The notes: generated by a model not told the origin, from the letters alone. A stretch of 64,000 nucleotides of DNA from an uncultured Gemmatimonadales bacterium (GCA_963842945.1 CAWJIM010000024.1:96001-160000), one strand, 5' to 3'; positions 1 through 11,882 are shown, counted from the stretch's first letter. A program made the numbers and translations.

Positions 1-1816
1 AGGCGATTGCCGCGCGGACACAGCAGTAATCGAACTCGACACCCTGGCCGATCCGGTTGGGTCCGCTCCCCAGAATGACTACGGTGCGCTCTCCGCTGGT
101 TTGCGCCTCATTCTCCTCGTCATAAGAGGAGTAGAGATAGGGGGTGGCCGAAGGAAACTCGCCGGCGCAGGTATCCACCGTCTTGTAAGCCGGCCGGATG
201 CCCAGCCGATGCCGCTCGGCCCGGACGGCGGACTCGGTAATGCCCCGTAGCTCCGCCAGTTGCCGGTCGGAAAATCCAAGCCGTTTCATTTTCCGCAGAA
301 GCGATCGTTGGTCCTCTTCTTTCCCTCCCCGCCTCCCCGCTTCCCCGCCTCCCCGCTTCCTCACCTCCCCGCTTCCCCGCCACTCGTCTTCCGCCTCCAG
401 CAGCTCAACCATCTGATAGAGGAACCAGGGATCAATCCCGGTGGTCTCCGCCAGTGCATCCACCGACACGCCGAGCTGGAGAGCGTACTTGAGCTGAAAG
501 ATCCGCTCCGGCGTCGGCGTGCGTACCCCGGCGAGCACCGCCTCGCGACTGGTGTCCTGCAGGCGATCGTCCGCCGGCGTGCTGCCCGCACTCCAGCCGA
601 TCCGGTCCGATTCCAGCCCGCGCAATCCCTTCTGAAAGGCCTCCTTGAAGGTGCGGCCAATGGCCATCACCTCGCCCACCGACTTCATCTGGGTCGTCAA
701 AGTGGGATCTGCCGCAGGGAACTTTTCGAAGGCAAACCGCGGAATCTTGACCACCACATAGTCGAGCACAGGCTCGAATGAGGCCGGCGTAGTCCTGGTG
801 ATGTCGTTGGGCAGCTCGTCCAGCCGGTATCCCACCGCCACTTTGGTCCCGATCCGCGCGATGGGAAAGCCGGTGGCCTTGGACGCGAGCGCGGAGGAGC
901 GAGAGACGCGGGGGTTCATCTCGATGACGAGCTGCTCCCCGGTGGTCGGACTTACCGCGAACTGAATGTTGCAGCCGCCCGCGGCCACGCCGATTTCGCG
1001 GATGATCTTGATGGCGGCATCGCGCATGGTCTGGTACTCGCGATCGGTGAGCGTCATGGCCGGCGCCACCGTGATCGAGTCGCCGGTGTGAACGCCCATC
1101 GGATCGAGATTTTCAATCGAGCAGACGATCACCACGTTGTCCGCCCCGTCCCGCATCACCTCCAGCTCGAATTCCTTCCAACCGATGATGCTGCGCTCCA
1201 CCAGCACGGAGCCCACCGGCGAGAGCTCCAGGCCCCGCCGAATCAGAGTCTCGAACTCCTCCCGGTTGTAAGCGATTCCTCCCCCCGAGCCACCCAGAGT
1301 GAAGGAGGGGCGGAGAATGGCCGGGTAGCCGGACACCTCAACGGCAGCCAGGGCCTCCTCCACGCTATGAACCGTGCGGCCTTCGGGAGTGGCGAGACCG
1401 ATACGCTTCATGGCCTGGGCAAATTCCTCCCGGTCCTCCGCCAGACGGATGGCCCGCTCGTTGGCCCCGATCAGCTCGACTCCGAACCGCTCCAGCGTGC
1501 CATTGCGCTGCAAGGCCATCGCCACATTCAACGCCGTTTGTCCTCCCATGGTCGGCAGCAGGGCCTGGGGGCGCTCGCGTTCGATGACCTTGGCCACCCA
1601 CTCCGGAGTGACTGGCTCGATATACGTGCGATCGGCCAACTCCGGATCGGTCATGATGGTAGCCGGATTCGAGTTGACCAGGACGACCCGGTATCCCTCT
1701 TCCTTGAGCGCCCGCACCGCTTGGGTACCGGAGTAGTCGAACTCGGCTCCCTGGCCGATGACGATCGGGCCCGAACCGATGAGCAGGATGGTCGAGAGAT
1801 CAGTGCGTTTGGGCAT
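1..1816 (-). CDS. carB: Carbamoyl-phosphate synthase large subunit (5' part; runs off the window)
   Basis: Manual translation from ATG at 1816: [30 protein letters not shown]...[22 protein letters not shown]...[19 protein letters not shown]. Absent from the ORF track because there is no stop in the window. Confidence 0.97.
   Translation of the reverse strand, partial: MPKRTDLSTILLIGSGPIVIGQGAEFDYSGTQAVRALKEEGYRVVLVNSNPATIMTDPELADRTYIEPVTPEWVAKVIERERPQALLPTMGGQTALNVAMALQRNGTLERFGVELIGANERAIRLAEDREEFAQAMKRIGLATPEGRTVHSVEEALAAVEVSGYPAILRPSFTLGGSGGGIAYNREEFETLIRRGLELSPVGSVLVERSIIGWKEFELEVMRDGADNVVIVCSIENLDPMGVHTGDSITVAPAMTLTDREYQTMRDAAIKIIREIGVAAGGCNIQFAVSPTTGEQLVIEMNPRVSRSSALASKATGFPIARIGTKVAVGYRLDELPNDITRTTPASFEPVLDYVVVKIPRFAFEKFPAADPTLTTQMKSVGEVMAIGRTFKEAFQKGLRGLESDRIGWSAGSTPADDRLQDTSREAVLAGVRTPTPERIFQLKYALQLGVSVDALAETTGIDPWFLYQMVELLEAEDEWRGSGEVRKRGGGEAGRRGGKEEDQRSLLRKMKRLGFSDRQLAELRGITESAVRAERHRLGIRPAYKTVDTCAGEFPSATPYLYSSYDEENEAQTSGERTVVILGSGPNRIGQGVEFDYCCVRAAIA
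325..380. repeat. Seven tandem 8-nt units (YTCCCCGC) inside carB, in frame
   Basis: ctccccgc ctccccgc ttccccgc ctccccgc ttcctcac ctccccgc ttccccgc; encodes [19 protein letters not shown]. Confidence 0.9.
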
Positions 1817-2750
1817 CCACCATGTCCCGCAGGGTCTGGTCCAACGTGATGGCGGGCGACCAGCCGGTTGCTTGCCGTAGCTTGGTTGCGTCACCTACGA
1901 GATGAGGGATGTCGCCGCTCCGGACCAGGTCGGAATCGGGAAACGGCTCCGCCTCTACCCCGATGATGTCCGCGATGCGCCGAAATAGCTGCTCCAGCGT
2001 AATCCCCTCACTGCGCGCGATGTTATAGGTCTCGCCGGGAATCCCGCTGCTGATCAGCGCCAGATAGGCTTCTACCACATCCCGAACATCGAGCAGGTCG
2101 CGCACCGGCTTCAGATTGCCGGTGGGCACTCGGCGGGGTCCGCCGGCCTTTACCGCCAGCAACCGGTCGATGAATGCCGGCACCACGTACGGAGGGCGTT
2201 GGCCCGGTCCCGTATGAGTAAAAGGGCGGGCGATAATCACCCGGAGCTGGGTCCGGCGCCAGGCCTCCAGCGCGGCGATCTCCGATGCGGCCTTACTGGC
2301 TGCGTAGGGCGACTGCGGCTGCACCGGGTGACTCTCAGCTCGAGGCAATGCCGGCCCTGCACCGTAGACCTCCGAGCTGGAGACGTGCAGGACGATGGGA
2401 TCCGACTGCCCTCGCTCCCGCGTCGAGATCAGAGCGTCCATGACCCGTGCGGTGCCCGCGGCGTTGATTACCCAGGCGCGTCCGGGATCCTCTCGAGCTT
2501 CCCGTACCGATGCCATGGCGGCCAGGTGAACGACGGCATCCTGAGGAGCGCTCAGGGCCTGGCGGACAGCGCGCTCGTCATCGAGCTCCAAGGGTACCGT
2601 TCGAACCCGATTACTCCAGGGTTCGCCGCCTGAGTTCTGCTGCCCCTGCACTGGCCGGCAGGCGGCGGTCACCTCGTGACCGGTCTCCACCAGCCGTCCT
2701 ACCAAACGCCGTCCGACAAAGCCGTCCGCGCCGGTTACCAGCACCCTCAT
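1800..2750 (-). CDS. NAD-dependent epimerase/dehydratase, Rmd-like (GDP-4-keto-6-deoxymannose reductase)
   Basis: TGADGFVG Rossmann motif, SSSEVYG, YAASK; directly downstream of gmd. Confidence 0.8.
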   Translation of the reverse strand: MRVLVTGADGFVGRRLVGRLVETGHEVTAACRPVQGQQNSGGEPWSNRVRTVPLELDDERAVRQALSAPQDAVVHLAAMASVREAREDPGRAWVINAAGTARVMDALISTRERGQSDPIVLHVSSSEVYGAGPALPRAESHPVQPQSPYAASKAASEIAALEAWRRTQLRVIIARPFTHTGPGQRPPYVVPAFIDRLLAVKAGGPRRVPTGNLKPVRDLLDVRDVVEAYLALISSGIPGETYNIARSEGITLEQLFRRIADIIGVEAEPFPDSDLVRSGDIPHLVGDATKLRQATGWSPAITLDQTLRDMVDAQTH

Positions 2751-2763
2751 CCCTGGGAAGCCC

Positions 2764-3750
<987 letters not shown>

Positions 3751-3816
3751 TCATCAGCCCGCACTCGTTAGGTTTGAAGGCTTTCTCGCGTCCGACAAGA
3801 TACCAAGGTGGAGCTT

Positions 3817-4008
3817 ATGGCACGGGTTTGCGCCGTGTGCGCCAAAGGGCCGGTTACCGGCAACAACGTCAGCCACGCCAACAATCGCACCAAGCGGCGC
3901 TGGTACCCCAATCTGCAGACCGCGCGCGTTCTGGTCGATGGCGCGCCCAAGCGGATCAGGGTCTGCACGCAGTGCCTCAAGAGTAATCGGATCAAGAAGG
4001 CGAGTTGA
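3817..4008 (+). CDS. rpmB: 50S ribosomal protein L28
   Basis: [37 protein letters not shown] ggag upstream. Confidence 0.97.
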   Translation: MARVCAVCAKGPVTGNNVSHANNRTKRRWYPNLQTARVLVDGAPKRIRVCTQCLKSNRIKKAS

Positions 4009-4014
4009 CGCCAG

Positions 4015-4043
4015 AAAAAAGGGGACCCGAAGGTCCCCTTGTT
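4015..4043. terminator. Bidirectional intrinsic terminator between convergent rpmB and rplQ
   Basis: Hairpin aaggggacc-cgaa-ggtcccctt, with A6 on the left and a T-rich tract on the right. Confidence 0.85.
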
Positions 4044-4063
4044 CGTTTCTGGCCGGCAGCCGC

Positions 4064-4420
4064 TCACTCCGCAAGCAGCTCGATCCTCGCCACATCGGCC
4101 CCATCTCCCTCGCGGTGGCCCAACTTGAGAATCCGGGTGTACCCACCCGGACGTGCCGCGAAGCGGGGCCCGATCTCGCCGAACAGCCGAGTGAGGGTTT
4201 CCCGATCCTTGATCCGGCGCTCCACCAGCCTCCTGGCGTGGAGGTCGCCCCGCCGAGCCAGCGTAATGAGCTTCTCGGCGAAAGGCCGCAGCTCCTTGGC
4301 CTTGGCCTCGGTGGTGATGACCCGGCCATGCTCAAAAAGGCTGGTGGCCATGTTGTTCAACATGGCGCGTTTGTGACTGGAGGTGCGGGAAAGCTGCCTA
4401 CCCTTGGCGCGATGCCGCAT
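4064..4420 (-). CDS. rplQ: 50S ribosomal protein L17
   Basis: MRHRAKGRQLSRTSSHKRAMLNNMATSLFEH...RPGGYTRILKLGHR. Confidence 0.98.
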   Translation of the reverse strand: MRHRAKGRQLSRTSSHKRAMLNNMATSLFEHGRVITTEAKAKELRPFAEKLITLARRGDLHARRLVERRIKDRETLTRLFGEIGPRFAARPGGYTRILKLGHREGDGADVARIELLAE

Positions 4421-5481
4421 CAGGTGCCGTCTCCAATGATGGTCGTTGACGGCTGCACCACCGGAGCGACGCCCGGCCGTACGATCCTGAGCTCGCCGTC
4501 GGTCTCTTCAAAGCCCATTCCGAAGTTGAGCCCCTCGCGCTGAAGCAGCTCCGCGATCTCGCTGAGAGCCTTTTCGCCCACGTTCTTGACCTTGAGGAGA
4601 TCATCCTCCGAGAACTCCACCAGGTCCCGCAGGGTCCGGATGTTGGAGTTCTTCAGGGAATTCAGCGACCGGACGGACAGGCCGAAGTCGTCAATGGGGC
4701 GGCTCAGCCGCTGACGCAGGTTGCTGCCGGCCGCTCCGCCGGTTGCGGCGCCGGCGTCCCGCATGGTCGGCACCTTGCCGAAGTCCACGAAATACTGGAA
4801 GTGGACCTGCGCCAACGCCGCGGCGTAGGCGATGGCATCTTCCGGGGTGATGGTGCCGTTGGTCTCGACGGAAACGGTGAGACGGTCATAATCGGTGCGC
4901 TGGCCGACACGGGTTTCCGCCACCGTGAAGTTGGCCCGGCGCACCGGATTGTAGATGGCATCCACCCGAACCAGATCGATGGGAAGCGACCGGTCGGCGG
5001 GGTGCATCTCAGCCTCGACGTAACCGCGACCCTTGTTGACGTAGAGCTCCATGCTCACGTCCCGATCGTCCTGCAGCGTGAACAGCAGGTGGTCGGGGTT
5101 CTTGATGACCACGGACCCGTGCTCCTGAATGTCACGAGCGTACACTGGCCCGGCGCCCTCGCGACGGATGTGCAGCACCGCATCGTCGACGTTGTCGGCC
5201 AGCACGAGGGTGAGCGCCTTCAGCCGTTGCACGATCTGGTGCACGTCTTCGAGGACGCCCTGCACCGTCTGATGCTCATGAACGACGCCATCGAGCCGGA
5301 AGCCCCACACCGCGCTTCCGCGCAGCGAGGAGAGCAACAGCCGGCGGAGCGAATTGCCGAGGGTGTAACCAAAGCCACGCTCGAGAGGCTGGAGACGGAA
5401 TTCGGCAGCATTGGGATTGTCGTCCCGCTTGGTCATCTCGACGAGATGGGGGCGAACCAATCCGGTCAGATCAATGGTCAT
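4420..5481 (-). CDS. rpoA: RNA polymerase alpha subunit
   Basis: PLERGFGYTLGNSLRRLLLSS, DAIYNPVRR, RTDYDRL, LSVRSLNSLK, KNVGEKAL. Confidence 0.98.
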   Translation of the reverse strand: MTIDLTGLVRPHLVEMTKRDDNPNAAEFRLQPLERGFGYTLGNSLRRLLLSSLRGSAVWGFRLDGVVHEHQTVQGVLEDVHQIVQRLKALTLVLADNVDDAVLHIRREGAGPVYARDIQEHGSVVIKNPDHLLFTLQDDRDVSMELYVNKGRGYVEAEMHPADRSLPIDLVRVDAIYNPVRRANFTVAETRVGQRTDYDRLTVSVETNGTITPEDAIAYAAALAQVHFQYFVDFGKVPTMRDAGAATGGAAGSNLRQRLSRPIDDFGLSVRSLNSLKNSNIRTLRDLVEFSEDDLLKVKNVGEKALSEIAELLQREGLNFGMGFEETDGELRIVRPGVAPVVQPSTTIIGDGT

Positions 5482-5507
5482 GGTCACTTCGTGTAATGCT
5501 CCTGTAG

Positions 5508-5563
5508 GATCGTGAGTCGGGAGTCAGGAGCCCCGAGACTCGTGACTCGTGACTCCGGACTGA
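5508..5563. repeat. Inverted tandem-repeat element, 7-nt units (GAGTCNN / GACTCNN)
   Basis: gagtcgg gagtcag gagcccc ... gactcgt gactcgt gactccg gact, between rpsK and rpoA. Confidence 0.75.
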
Positions 5564-5564
5564 A

Positions 5565-5966
5565 TCAGACCCGCCGCTTCTTTGGCGGACGGCAACCATT
5601 ATGGGGAATGGGGGTGACGTCGCGAATCGACACCACGCGAAGCCCCACTGAGGCGAGGGCCTGAATGGCCGACTCGCGTCCGCTCCCCGGTCCTTGAACC
5701 CGCACGTGCACCCGCCGAAGCCCGAGGTTCATTGCTTCCCGTCCGCAATTTTCCGCCGCCACGGTGGCCGCGAAGGGCGTGGATTTCTTGGAGCCCTTGA
5801 ACCCGGCCTTCCCCGCAGAACCCCATGCCAGGGCGTTGCCCCGCATGTCGGTGATGGTAATGAGCAGGTTGTTGAATGTGGCCGAGATGTGGGCAATCCC
5901 CTCGGAATCGACCACTTTCTTCGTGCGCTTGGGGCTCGGAGCCTTGGCTGGTGTTGGCGCGGTCAT
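5565..5966 (-). CDS. rpsK: 30S ribosomal protein S11
   Basis: [51 protein letters not shown]. Confidence 0.98.
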   Translation of the reverse strand: MTAPTPAKAPSPKRTKKVVDSEGIAHISATFNNLLITITDMRGNALAWGSAGKAGFKGSKKSTPFAATVAAENCGREAMNLGLRRVHVRVQGPGSGRESAIQALASVGLRVVSIRDVTPIPHNGCRPPKKRRV

Positions 5967-5967
5967 C

Positions 5968-6348
5968 TTACTTCTTCGTCACTTTCTTCTTACCGGCAAT
6001 GGCCCGCCGGGGACCCTTCTTGGTCCTTGCGTTGGTGTGCGTCCGCTGGCCCCGGACCGGAAGGCCGCGACGATGCCGGATGCCCCGATAGCTCCCGATG
6101 TCCATCAGCCGTTTGATGTTCATGGCAACTTCGGTGCGGAGGGCTCCTTCCACCTTGACCGACCGTTCGATCATTTGGCGAAGCCGCGCCACTTCCGCGT
6201 CCGACAGATCGCGCACGCGGGTGTCCGGGTTGACCCCAGTCTCGCCCAGAATGCGGCTGCTGGTGGGCCGGCCAATGCCGAAGATGTAGGTGAGGGCAAT
6301 CTCGACCCGCTTCTCGCGCGGGAGATCCACGCCAGCAATACGTGCCAT
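5968..6348 (-). CDS. rpsM: 30S ribosomal protein S13
   Basis: [26 protein letters not shown]...[18 protein letters not shown]. Confidence 0.98.
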   Translation of the reverse strand: MARIAGVDLPREKRVEIALTYIFGIGRPTSSRILGETGVNPDTRVRDLSDAEVARLRQMIERSVKVEGALRTEVAMNIKRLMDIGSYRGIRHRRGLPVRGQRTHTNARTKKGPRRAIAGKKKVTKK

Positions 6349-6350
6349 GA

Positions 6351-6467
6351 TCAGCCTTGCCGCTGTTTGTGCTTGGGGTTGCGCTTGCAGATGATGCGGA
6401 CCACGCCTTGTCGCTTGATGACCTTGCAGTGCTCGCAAATCGGCTTGACGCTGGAACGAACCTTCAC
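6351..6467 (-). CDS. rpmJ: 50S ribosomal protein L36 (zinc-ribbon type)
   Basis: Manual translation [38 protein letters not shown]; too short for the ORF track. Confidence 0.97.
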   Translation of the reverse strand: MKVRSSVKPICEHCKVIKRQGVVRIICKRNPKHKQRQG

Positions 6468-6502
6468 GCTTCTCTCCGGGCCAGGTTTAGGGCTAGCAGG
6501 GC

Positions 6503-6531
6503 AATATAGAAGTGACCTCCCTGTGAGGCAA
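6503..6531 (-). promoter_or_regulatory. Sigma70-type promoter of the alpha operon
   Basis: Minus strand TTGCCT-17 nt-TATATT, about 35 nt upstream of rpmJ. Confidence 0.7.
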
Positions 6532-6560
6532 GTCGAGACTGTACATCGAGAAAGCAGCCC

Positions 6561-6977
6561 TTACCCCACCACCCGGAACTCGACCAGCGTCCACTCCTTA
6601 TCACTTCGGCGGTACCCCAGCAGGAGAACCTGGACCCGCACATTCTGGGTTCCGGCAACGCGGTACTTCCTCTGGAGCTCCACATATCCCTGGTTGGGCG
6701 CCACCTCACGCGCCGCCCGGACTACCGTCTCTACCTCCTGCCCGGTGGACAGAAAGTTCGAGAGGAGAGCTGCAGCCTGATCCGGCCCCAGCGCCACCGA
6801 CGGCTCGGCTCCGGGCAATTGGATTAAAAGGCGAGGGCTCTCGGCTACAAGGGCAGCCGTATTGTGAGCGAACCACGCCTGCCGGGCCTTCTCGGCGGCC
6901 TGATCCAGGTCGTTGCCCTGAGCGTTTCCGAGCGCAGGGGCTGCTGCCAGTGCCATGGCCACTACGATATGACGCAC
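6561..6977 (-). CDS. Hypothetical secreted protein (possibly NTF2-like)
   Basis: Signal-peptide-like N-terminus; coupled to pyrF. Confidence 0.7.
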   Translation of the reverse strand: MRHIVVAMALAAAPALGNAQGNDLDQAAEKARQAWFAHNTAALVAESPRLLIQLPGAEPSVALGPDQAAALLSNFLSTGQEVETVVRAAREVAPNQGYVELQRKYRVAGTQNVRVQVLLLGYRRSDKEWTLVEFRVVG

Positions 6978-7657
6978 CCCGCCTCCTTCATGAGCTCTTC
7001 CAAAACCGCCCGTGGATTCGCGGCCTGAAGCACCGGTCGGCCAACTACCAGGTGGGTCGCTCCATGCCGGATAGCGTCCTCCGGAGAGGACACCCGAACC
7101 TGGTCACCCCTGGCATCTGAGCCCCGTCTGATCCCGGGAACCACCAGATATGGCTTCGGCCCTAGCCGCTCACGCAAGACCGATACCTCACTGGGCGAGC
7201 ACACCAGTCCCTGCAACCCGGCCCCGATCCCCATCTGACCCAACCGCTCGACTTCGGCTACAAGATTCACCGGTGCTAGGCCCAGCGCCTGCTGGTAGGA
7301 AGCCTCGTCATGAGAGGTAAGCACGGTGACCCCGACCAGGGCGAGCTCACCTGCTGAGGCCGCGACCGCCGCCTCGAGCATCGCCTTGCCTCCAAGGACG
7401 TGGACGGTGGCCATGCTGACGCCGAGCTCACGAGCCGAGCTGACCGCACCGGCAACAGTGTTCGGAATGTCGTGCCACTTGAGGTCGAGGAACACATCGA
7501 GGCCCCGCTCGATCAGCCGGCGGACGAACTCGGGGCCTTCCCGCGTCATGAGAATGGAGCCGACCTTGACCCAGCGGAGTGGCGGAAGCCGATCCAGCAA
7601 CGCGAGGGCATCTCCCGCGCGCGGAAGATCCAGGGCCAAGACCAGCTCAGCCACCAC
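6962..7657 (-). CDS. pyrF: Orotidine-5'-phosphate decarboxylase
   Basis: LVLALD, FLDLKWHDIPNTV, VTVLTS, VVPGIR, VVGRPV. Confidence 0.96.
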   Translation of the reverse strand: MVAELVLALDLPRAGDALALLDRLPPLRWVKVGSILMTREGPEFVRRLIERGLDVFLDLKWHDIPNTVAGAVSSARELGVSMATVHVLGGKAMLEAAVAASAGELALVGVTVLTSHDEASYQQALGLAPVNLVAEVERLGQMGIGAGLQGLVCSPSEVSVLRERLGPKPYLVVPGIRRGSDARGDQVRVSSPEDAIRHGATHLVVGRPVLQAANPRAVLEELMKEAGCVIS

Positions 7658-8522
7658 TGCTCTCCAGATCTCGCACGATCCGCTCGGGTAGCCGTGGATC
7701 GGCCAGGGCGCCGGTACCCATAGCCACCAGCGAAGCACCGGCCCGAAGGTACTGCCGCACATCCTCGGCTGATCGCACTCCACCGACGCCGATCACTGGG
7801 ATTCCACCGGTGCGCTCGAGGATGCGCGCCACGGCCAGGACCCCAACCGGCAACAGTGGCGGTCCGCTCACGCCTCCGCTGCCGTGGCCCAGTCGGGCTG
7901 CACCCTCGTGGCGGTAAAGTGTTCCGGGTATGGTGTTCACCGCACTTATCGCATCTGCCCCCGCATCCCTGGCCGCCACGGCCATTCCTCCGATATCCGG
8001 AAGCAGCGGCGACAGCTTGGCCACGAGTGGAAGCTCGGTGCGCCGCCGGCAGGTCGCCACGATCCGCTGAACGCAACCGGCATCGGCACCGAACTCAATC
8101 CCGCCAGCCGAGGTATTGGGGCAGGAAAGATTCAACTCGAAGGCGGCGATCGCCGGTGATCCGTCCAAACGCCTGACCACTTCACCGTATTCTTCCACCG
8201 TAAACCCGACGACGTTGACCAGGACTTGCGCCCGAGTCAAATGGCTGGAGAGCCAGGGAAGCGCCTCCTGCCGAACCCACTCCACACCCGGATTGGCCAG
8301 GCCGATGGAGTTGAGCATGCCCCCGGTGAACTCCGCCACCCGTGGTGGGGCGTTTCCGTGTCGCGGCTCTACGGAGACTGCCTTGGTGATGATACCGCCG
8401 AGCCGATCGAGATCGAGGACTCCGTCGAGCTCGCGGCCGAAGCCAGCTGTCCCGGCGGCGAGAAGAAGCGGATTCTGGAAGCGACGGCCGAACAGCTCTC
8501 GCTCGAGGGAGAGAGAGGTCAC
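7647..8522 (-). CDS. pyrD: Dihydroorotate dehydrogenase (family 1)
   Basis: GNAPPRVAE, MLNSIGLANPG, ELNLSCPN, KLSP, GGVSGP. Confidence 0.95.
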   Translation of the reverse strand: MTSLSLERELFGRRFQNPLLLAAGTAGFGRELDGVLDLDRLGGIITKAVSVEPRHGNAPPRVAEFTGGMLNSIGLANPGVEWVRQEALPWLSSHLTRAQVLVNVVGFTVEEYGEVVRRLDGSPAIAAFELNLSCPNTSAGGIEFGADAGCVQRIVATCRRRTELPLVAKLSPLLPDIGGMAVAARDAGADAISAVNTIPGTLYRHEGAARLGHGSGGVSGPPLLPVGVLAVARILERTGGIPVIGVGGVRSAEDVRQYLRAGASLVAMGTGALADPRLPERIVRDLESSGG

Positions 8523-9963
8523 TGGGGCTCGGGAACCTTGGAGCCTCCTGCGGCAGGCTGAGGGCGACGACCCGGCGGCAGGGGTGGAACGAATTTTCGG
8601 CGAACGCCTGGGGACGGGTCCGGCTGACTGCCAACGAGGCTGCAAACGCCCCCAGTGAGTCCTCCAGCTGACGGTACTCGGGCGTGGCCTCACCCTGGAT
8701 GGCGACTACGTACGGGCTGTCATAGTACTGCTGGTCGAGGATGGTGCGGGCGCTATCGACCCATTCCGGATTCAACTGCTGGGCGGCCAGAATGGCCTTG
8801 GGGGCATAGGCCGAAAATGGCCACTGCTCGGGAATCCGCCGAAAGAGGGACTCCGCCAGTCTGGGCGCCTTGAGGATTTCCCGCGCGGACTCAGCCGCCA
8901 GAAACAGCCGCAGATCTCCCTGTGGAGTCGTGGGCGTCACCGTCCTGGCCGCGGAGTCGACCTCCGAGACGTTGGCTGCGAATCGGTCGATCTCGTCTGC
9001 CGTCACCTTGAACCGGACCGCAAGCTGCTTCAAGCTGTCCATGATCGACGGCAGGTCACCCGGATTACTCAGAAAGGCCAAGCGCAGCTTGATCAATGCC
9101 AGGCCGGCCCGCCCGGCCGACTCCCCTGTCCCTCCAGCGTTAACGGCTTCCCGGAACCGGCGTGCGGCGCGCGCGGTATCGATGGAGCTGAGCCGAAGCC
9201 CGTCTTCCAGAAACGTCCGCGCCCGCAACTCCGGGGTCCGTTTGGAGAAACGCTGCACCCGGTCGACCAGGCCCGAAGCCGCGACCGGATTCTCTTCCGC
9301 CAGCATGACCAGGAGAGAGTCCCAGACCTTCGTAGTATCGCCCTGGAAAATCAGCGAGTCGCTCAGGGCCAGCGCCTCAGGCGCCCGACCGGCGCCAGCC
9401 AGCGCCAACAGCCGCTCTCTCTGGGCCCGAGGCTCGTACACCCCTTCAAGAACGCGTAAGGCCTCCTGGTACTGTCCGGACGCCCGCAGGACCCGCGCGT
9501 GTTGAAAGCGGGCTTCTCGGCGTCGGTCCGGGTTGCGGCTATCCAGCAATTGCATGAAAGCTGCGTCGCCACCGGCGAGATTGCCTGCAGCCATCTGGCA
9601 GCGGCCGGTGGCCAACAGAGCATCCTCGACCAGTTCCGGAGAAGCGCGTGTCGTGGTCGCCAGCCGGCCGAGGGGACCCAGGGCCTGATCGCACTGACCC
9701 AGCCGCGCCAGGGCCACACCTCGAAGCAGCTCGGCCTGCTCGGCGTACTTGCTCTTGGGGTGACGTACCACGACCGACTCGGCCTTGGTTGCCACCTGAC
9801 CCCAGAGATTGTTGGCCTCGAAGGTTCGGCCATCATGCTCCGCCTTCCGGGCCGACTTGGCCAGCCGGTTGGCGTTATACATCCCGTTGTAATAGACGCA
9901 TCCGGCCGTCGCAGTCAGGCTCAGCGCGAGGAGGACACGGGTGAAACGGTGATCGGGCTTCAC
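8519..9963 (-). CDS. TPR-like lipoprotein (C-terminal frameshift near 8600)
   Basis: Lipobox TAGC followed by VYYNGMYNA; helical repeats; alternative-frame end VPEPQ* overlaps the pyrD GTG. Confidence 0.7.
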
Positions 9964-11166
9964 CTCATCCCCCCCGCCTCGACCACAGGCTCCGTCTTGC
10001 GCTGGTATTCGAGCAGATACTCGACAATGGCGTCGGCCAATGCGGCGGCCATGGCCTTTTGGCTGGCGTAGCTGGTGAGAAACCGGCCGTCTTCGGGGTT
10101 CGTGCTGTAGCCCAGTTCGACCAGAATGGCGGGTCGGCGGGCGGTGGTCAGAACCATGAATCCGGCCTGCTTGACCCCGCGGCTGTCCCCGGTGTGCACC
10201 GTCTTCAGCTGGCGCTGGACCAGCTCGGCAGCACGCGCTGATTCGCGAAGATGCTCATTCAGCTGGAGATCTTTCAGTATGAAATCCAGGCCCATACCGG
10301 CTTCACCCGACGGCGCGTTGGTCTCGAAGCGCACAGCTTCGTTTTCCATCTGCGCCACCCGCGCGGCGTCTTCCGTTCTCGCCTCGGCCAAAAAGTAGGT
10401 CTCGAAGCCCCGAATGTCGGTGTAGCCGCGGCGCCGCGCCAGGGAATTGACGTGAAGGCTGACGAAAAGATCGCACGACTCAGTGCAGTAGCTTCCCCGA
10501 TCTCCCAGGGCAATCAGGGTATCAGCCGTGCGGGTCATGTTCACGCCCACCCCCCGACGCCTGAGCTCGTTGCGGAGGAGCAGTCCAACCTGCAGGGTGA
10601 CGTCTTTCTCCTTGGTGCCCCGGGGAAAGAACACCCCAGGATTCCCCGGGTCCACTCCTCCGTGGCCCGGGTCGATGGTGACCTGATGCCCGGGCCGAAG
10701 CCCGTTGGGAAGTCTGGTCTCGGCGGGCGGGCGGCACCCGGGCCACCGGCGGGCGATCGGCGGCGCCCGCTACGCTGAGGCGGGCGCGCGTACCGTCGTA
10801 GCGATAGCGGCTCCCCTGCAGCCCCGGCAGTATCTCAACGATGAACTGAAAAGGGAGAAACAGGGTATCTCGGGTCACCGACGCGGCGCCCGCCAGCGGC
10901 CGCAAACGGTTGCCGCAGAAACAGAGCGGCGCGCCTACCAGGAAACGAAAGTTCTGGGACCCCACTGAGACCTCGGCCCAACCCTCCAGCACCTTGGCCG
11001 ACCCGTCGAGCGCCGACATGAGGGCCGCCGCCGGCAGTACCGGAGCGCCGTTCTCATCGGTCCGCACCGGAATCCGGGCTTCGCCTTTGGTTCCGGCAAC
11101 GACCACAATACCAGGCACTATATGAGCGCCGGTGAGGGCCGCGAGCAGAGCCAGCAGGAGCATCAC
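9960..11166 (-). CDS. N-acetylmuramoyl-L-alanine amidase (Amidase_3), frameshift near 10715
   Basis: IDPGHGG, EKDVTL, FVSLHVNS, GFETYFL, PAILVELGY, split over two frames. Confidence 0.9.
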
Positions 11167-11648
11167 CGACGGCCCCGCACCGAAACGGCTCGAGCGACTT
11201 CGCGCTCCTGAATCTTGCGCTTGATCGCTTCACGCTTGTCGTGTTGTTTCTTGCCCTTACCCAGGGCCAGCGCCACCTTGGCGCGTCCATTCTTGAAGTA
11301 GAGCTCGAGTGGGACCAGGGTGAGCCCGCGCTGTTCCACTGCTCCGATCAACTTCTCGATCTCCCGGCGATGCAGGAGCAGCTTGCGGGTGCGGACCGGA
11401 TCATGATTGTAGCGATTGCCCTGTTCGTACGGAGTGATGTTCATCCCGTCCAGGAAGACCTCCCCGTTTCTCACTCGGGCGTAGGCCTCCCGGATGGAAG
11501 CCTTGCCGTTCCGCAGAGACTTGACCTCGGTCCCGGTCAGCACAATTCCCGTTTCCCAGGTCTCGAGAATATGGTAGTCGTGCGTCGCCTTCGGATTCCG
11601 GGCGACCGACTTCTTCCGCTCGGCGGGTGGAGTGGGTTCGCGGCTCAC
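11163..11648 (-). CDS. smpB: SsrA-binding protein
   Basis: NPKATHDY, ETGIVLTGTEVKSLR, RTRKLLLHRREI, GKGKKQHDKRE. Confidence 0.97.
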   Translation of the reverse strand: MSREPTPPAERKKSVARNPKATHDYHILETWETGIVLTGTEVKSLRNGKASIREAYARVRNGEVFLDGMNITPYEQGNRYNHDPVRTRKLLLHRREIEKLIGAVEQRGLTLVPLELYFKNGRAKVALALGKGKKQHDKREAIKRKIQEREVARAVSVRGRR

Positions 11649-11677
11649 TAGGGGTACCCTAAGCAAAGGATAAGCCA

Positions 11678-11787
11678 AGGTGGGAAGGAAGGGAAAGACG
11701 GGAAGGTCGGGAACCGAAGGCCGAACCGCAGCCTCCCGTTTCTGGGGGCTCCCGTTCATGCCTGCCGTCCCGTCCTTCCCGTCTTTC
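11678..11787. repeat. Inverted tandem-repeat element, 9-nt units (GACGGGAAG family)
   Basis: gggaaggaa gggaaagac gggaaggtc gggaa ... gtcccgtc cttcccgtc tttc, just 3' of tRNA-Leu. Confidence 0.75.
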
Positions 11788-11798
11788 AGCGTTCCTCA

Positions 11799-11882
11799 TG
11801 CCGAAGGCGGGACTCGAACCCGCACGGGCTTGCGCCCACTGCGCCCTGAACGCAGCGCGTCTACCAGTTCCACCACTTCGGC
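11799..11882 (-). tRNA. tRNA-Leu(CAG)
   Basis: GCCGAAGTGGTGGAACTGGTAGACGCGCTGCGTTCAGGGCGCAGTGGGCGCAAGCCCGTGCGGGTTCGAGTCCCGCCTTCGGCA: cloverleaf with long variable arm; CCA not encoded. Confidence 0.97.
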
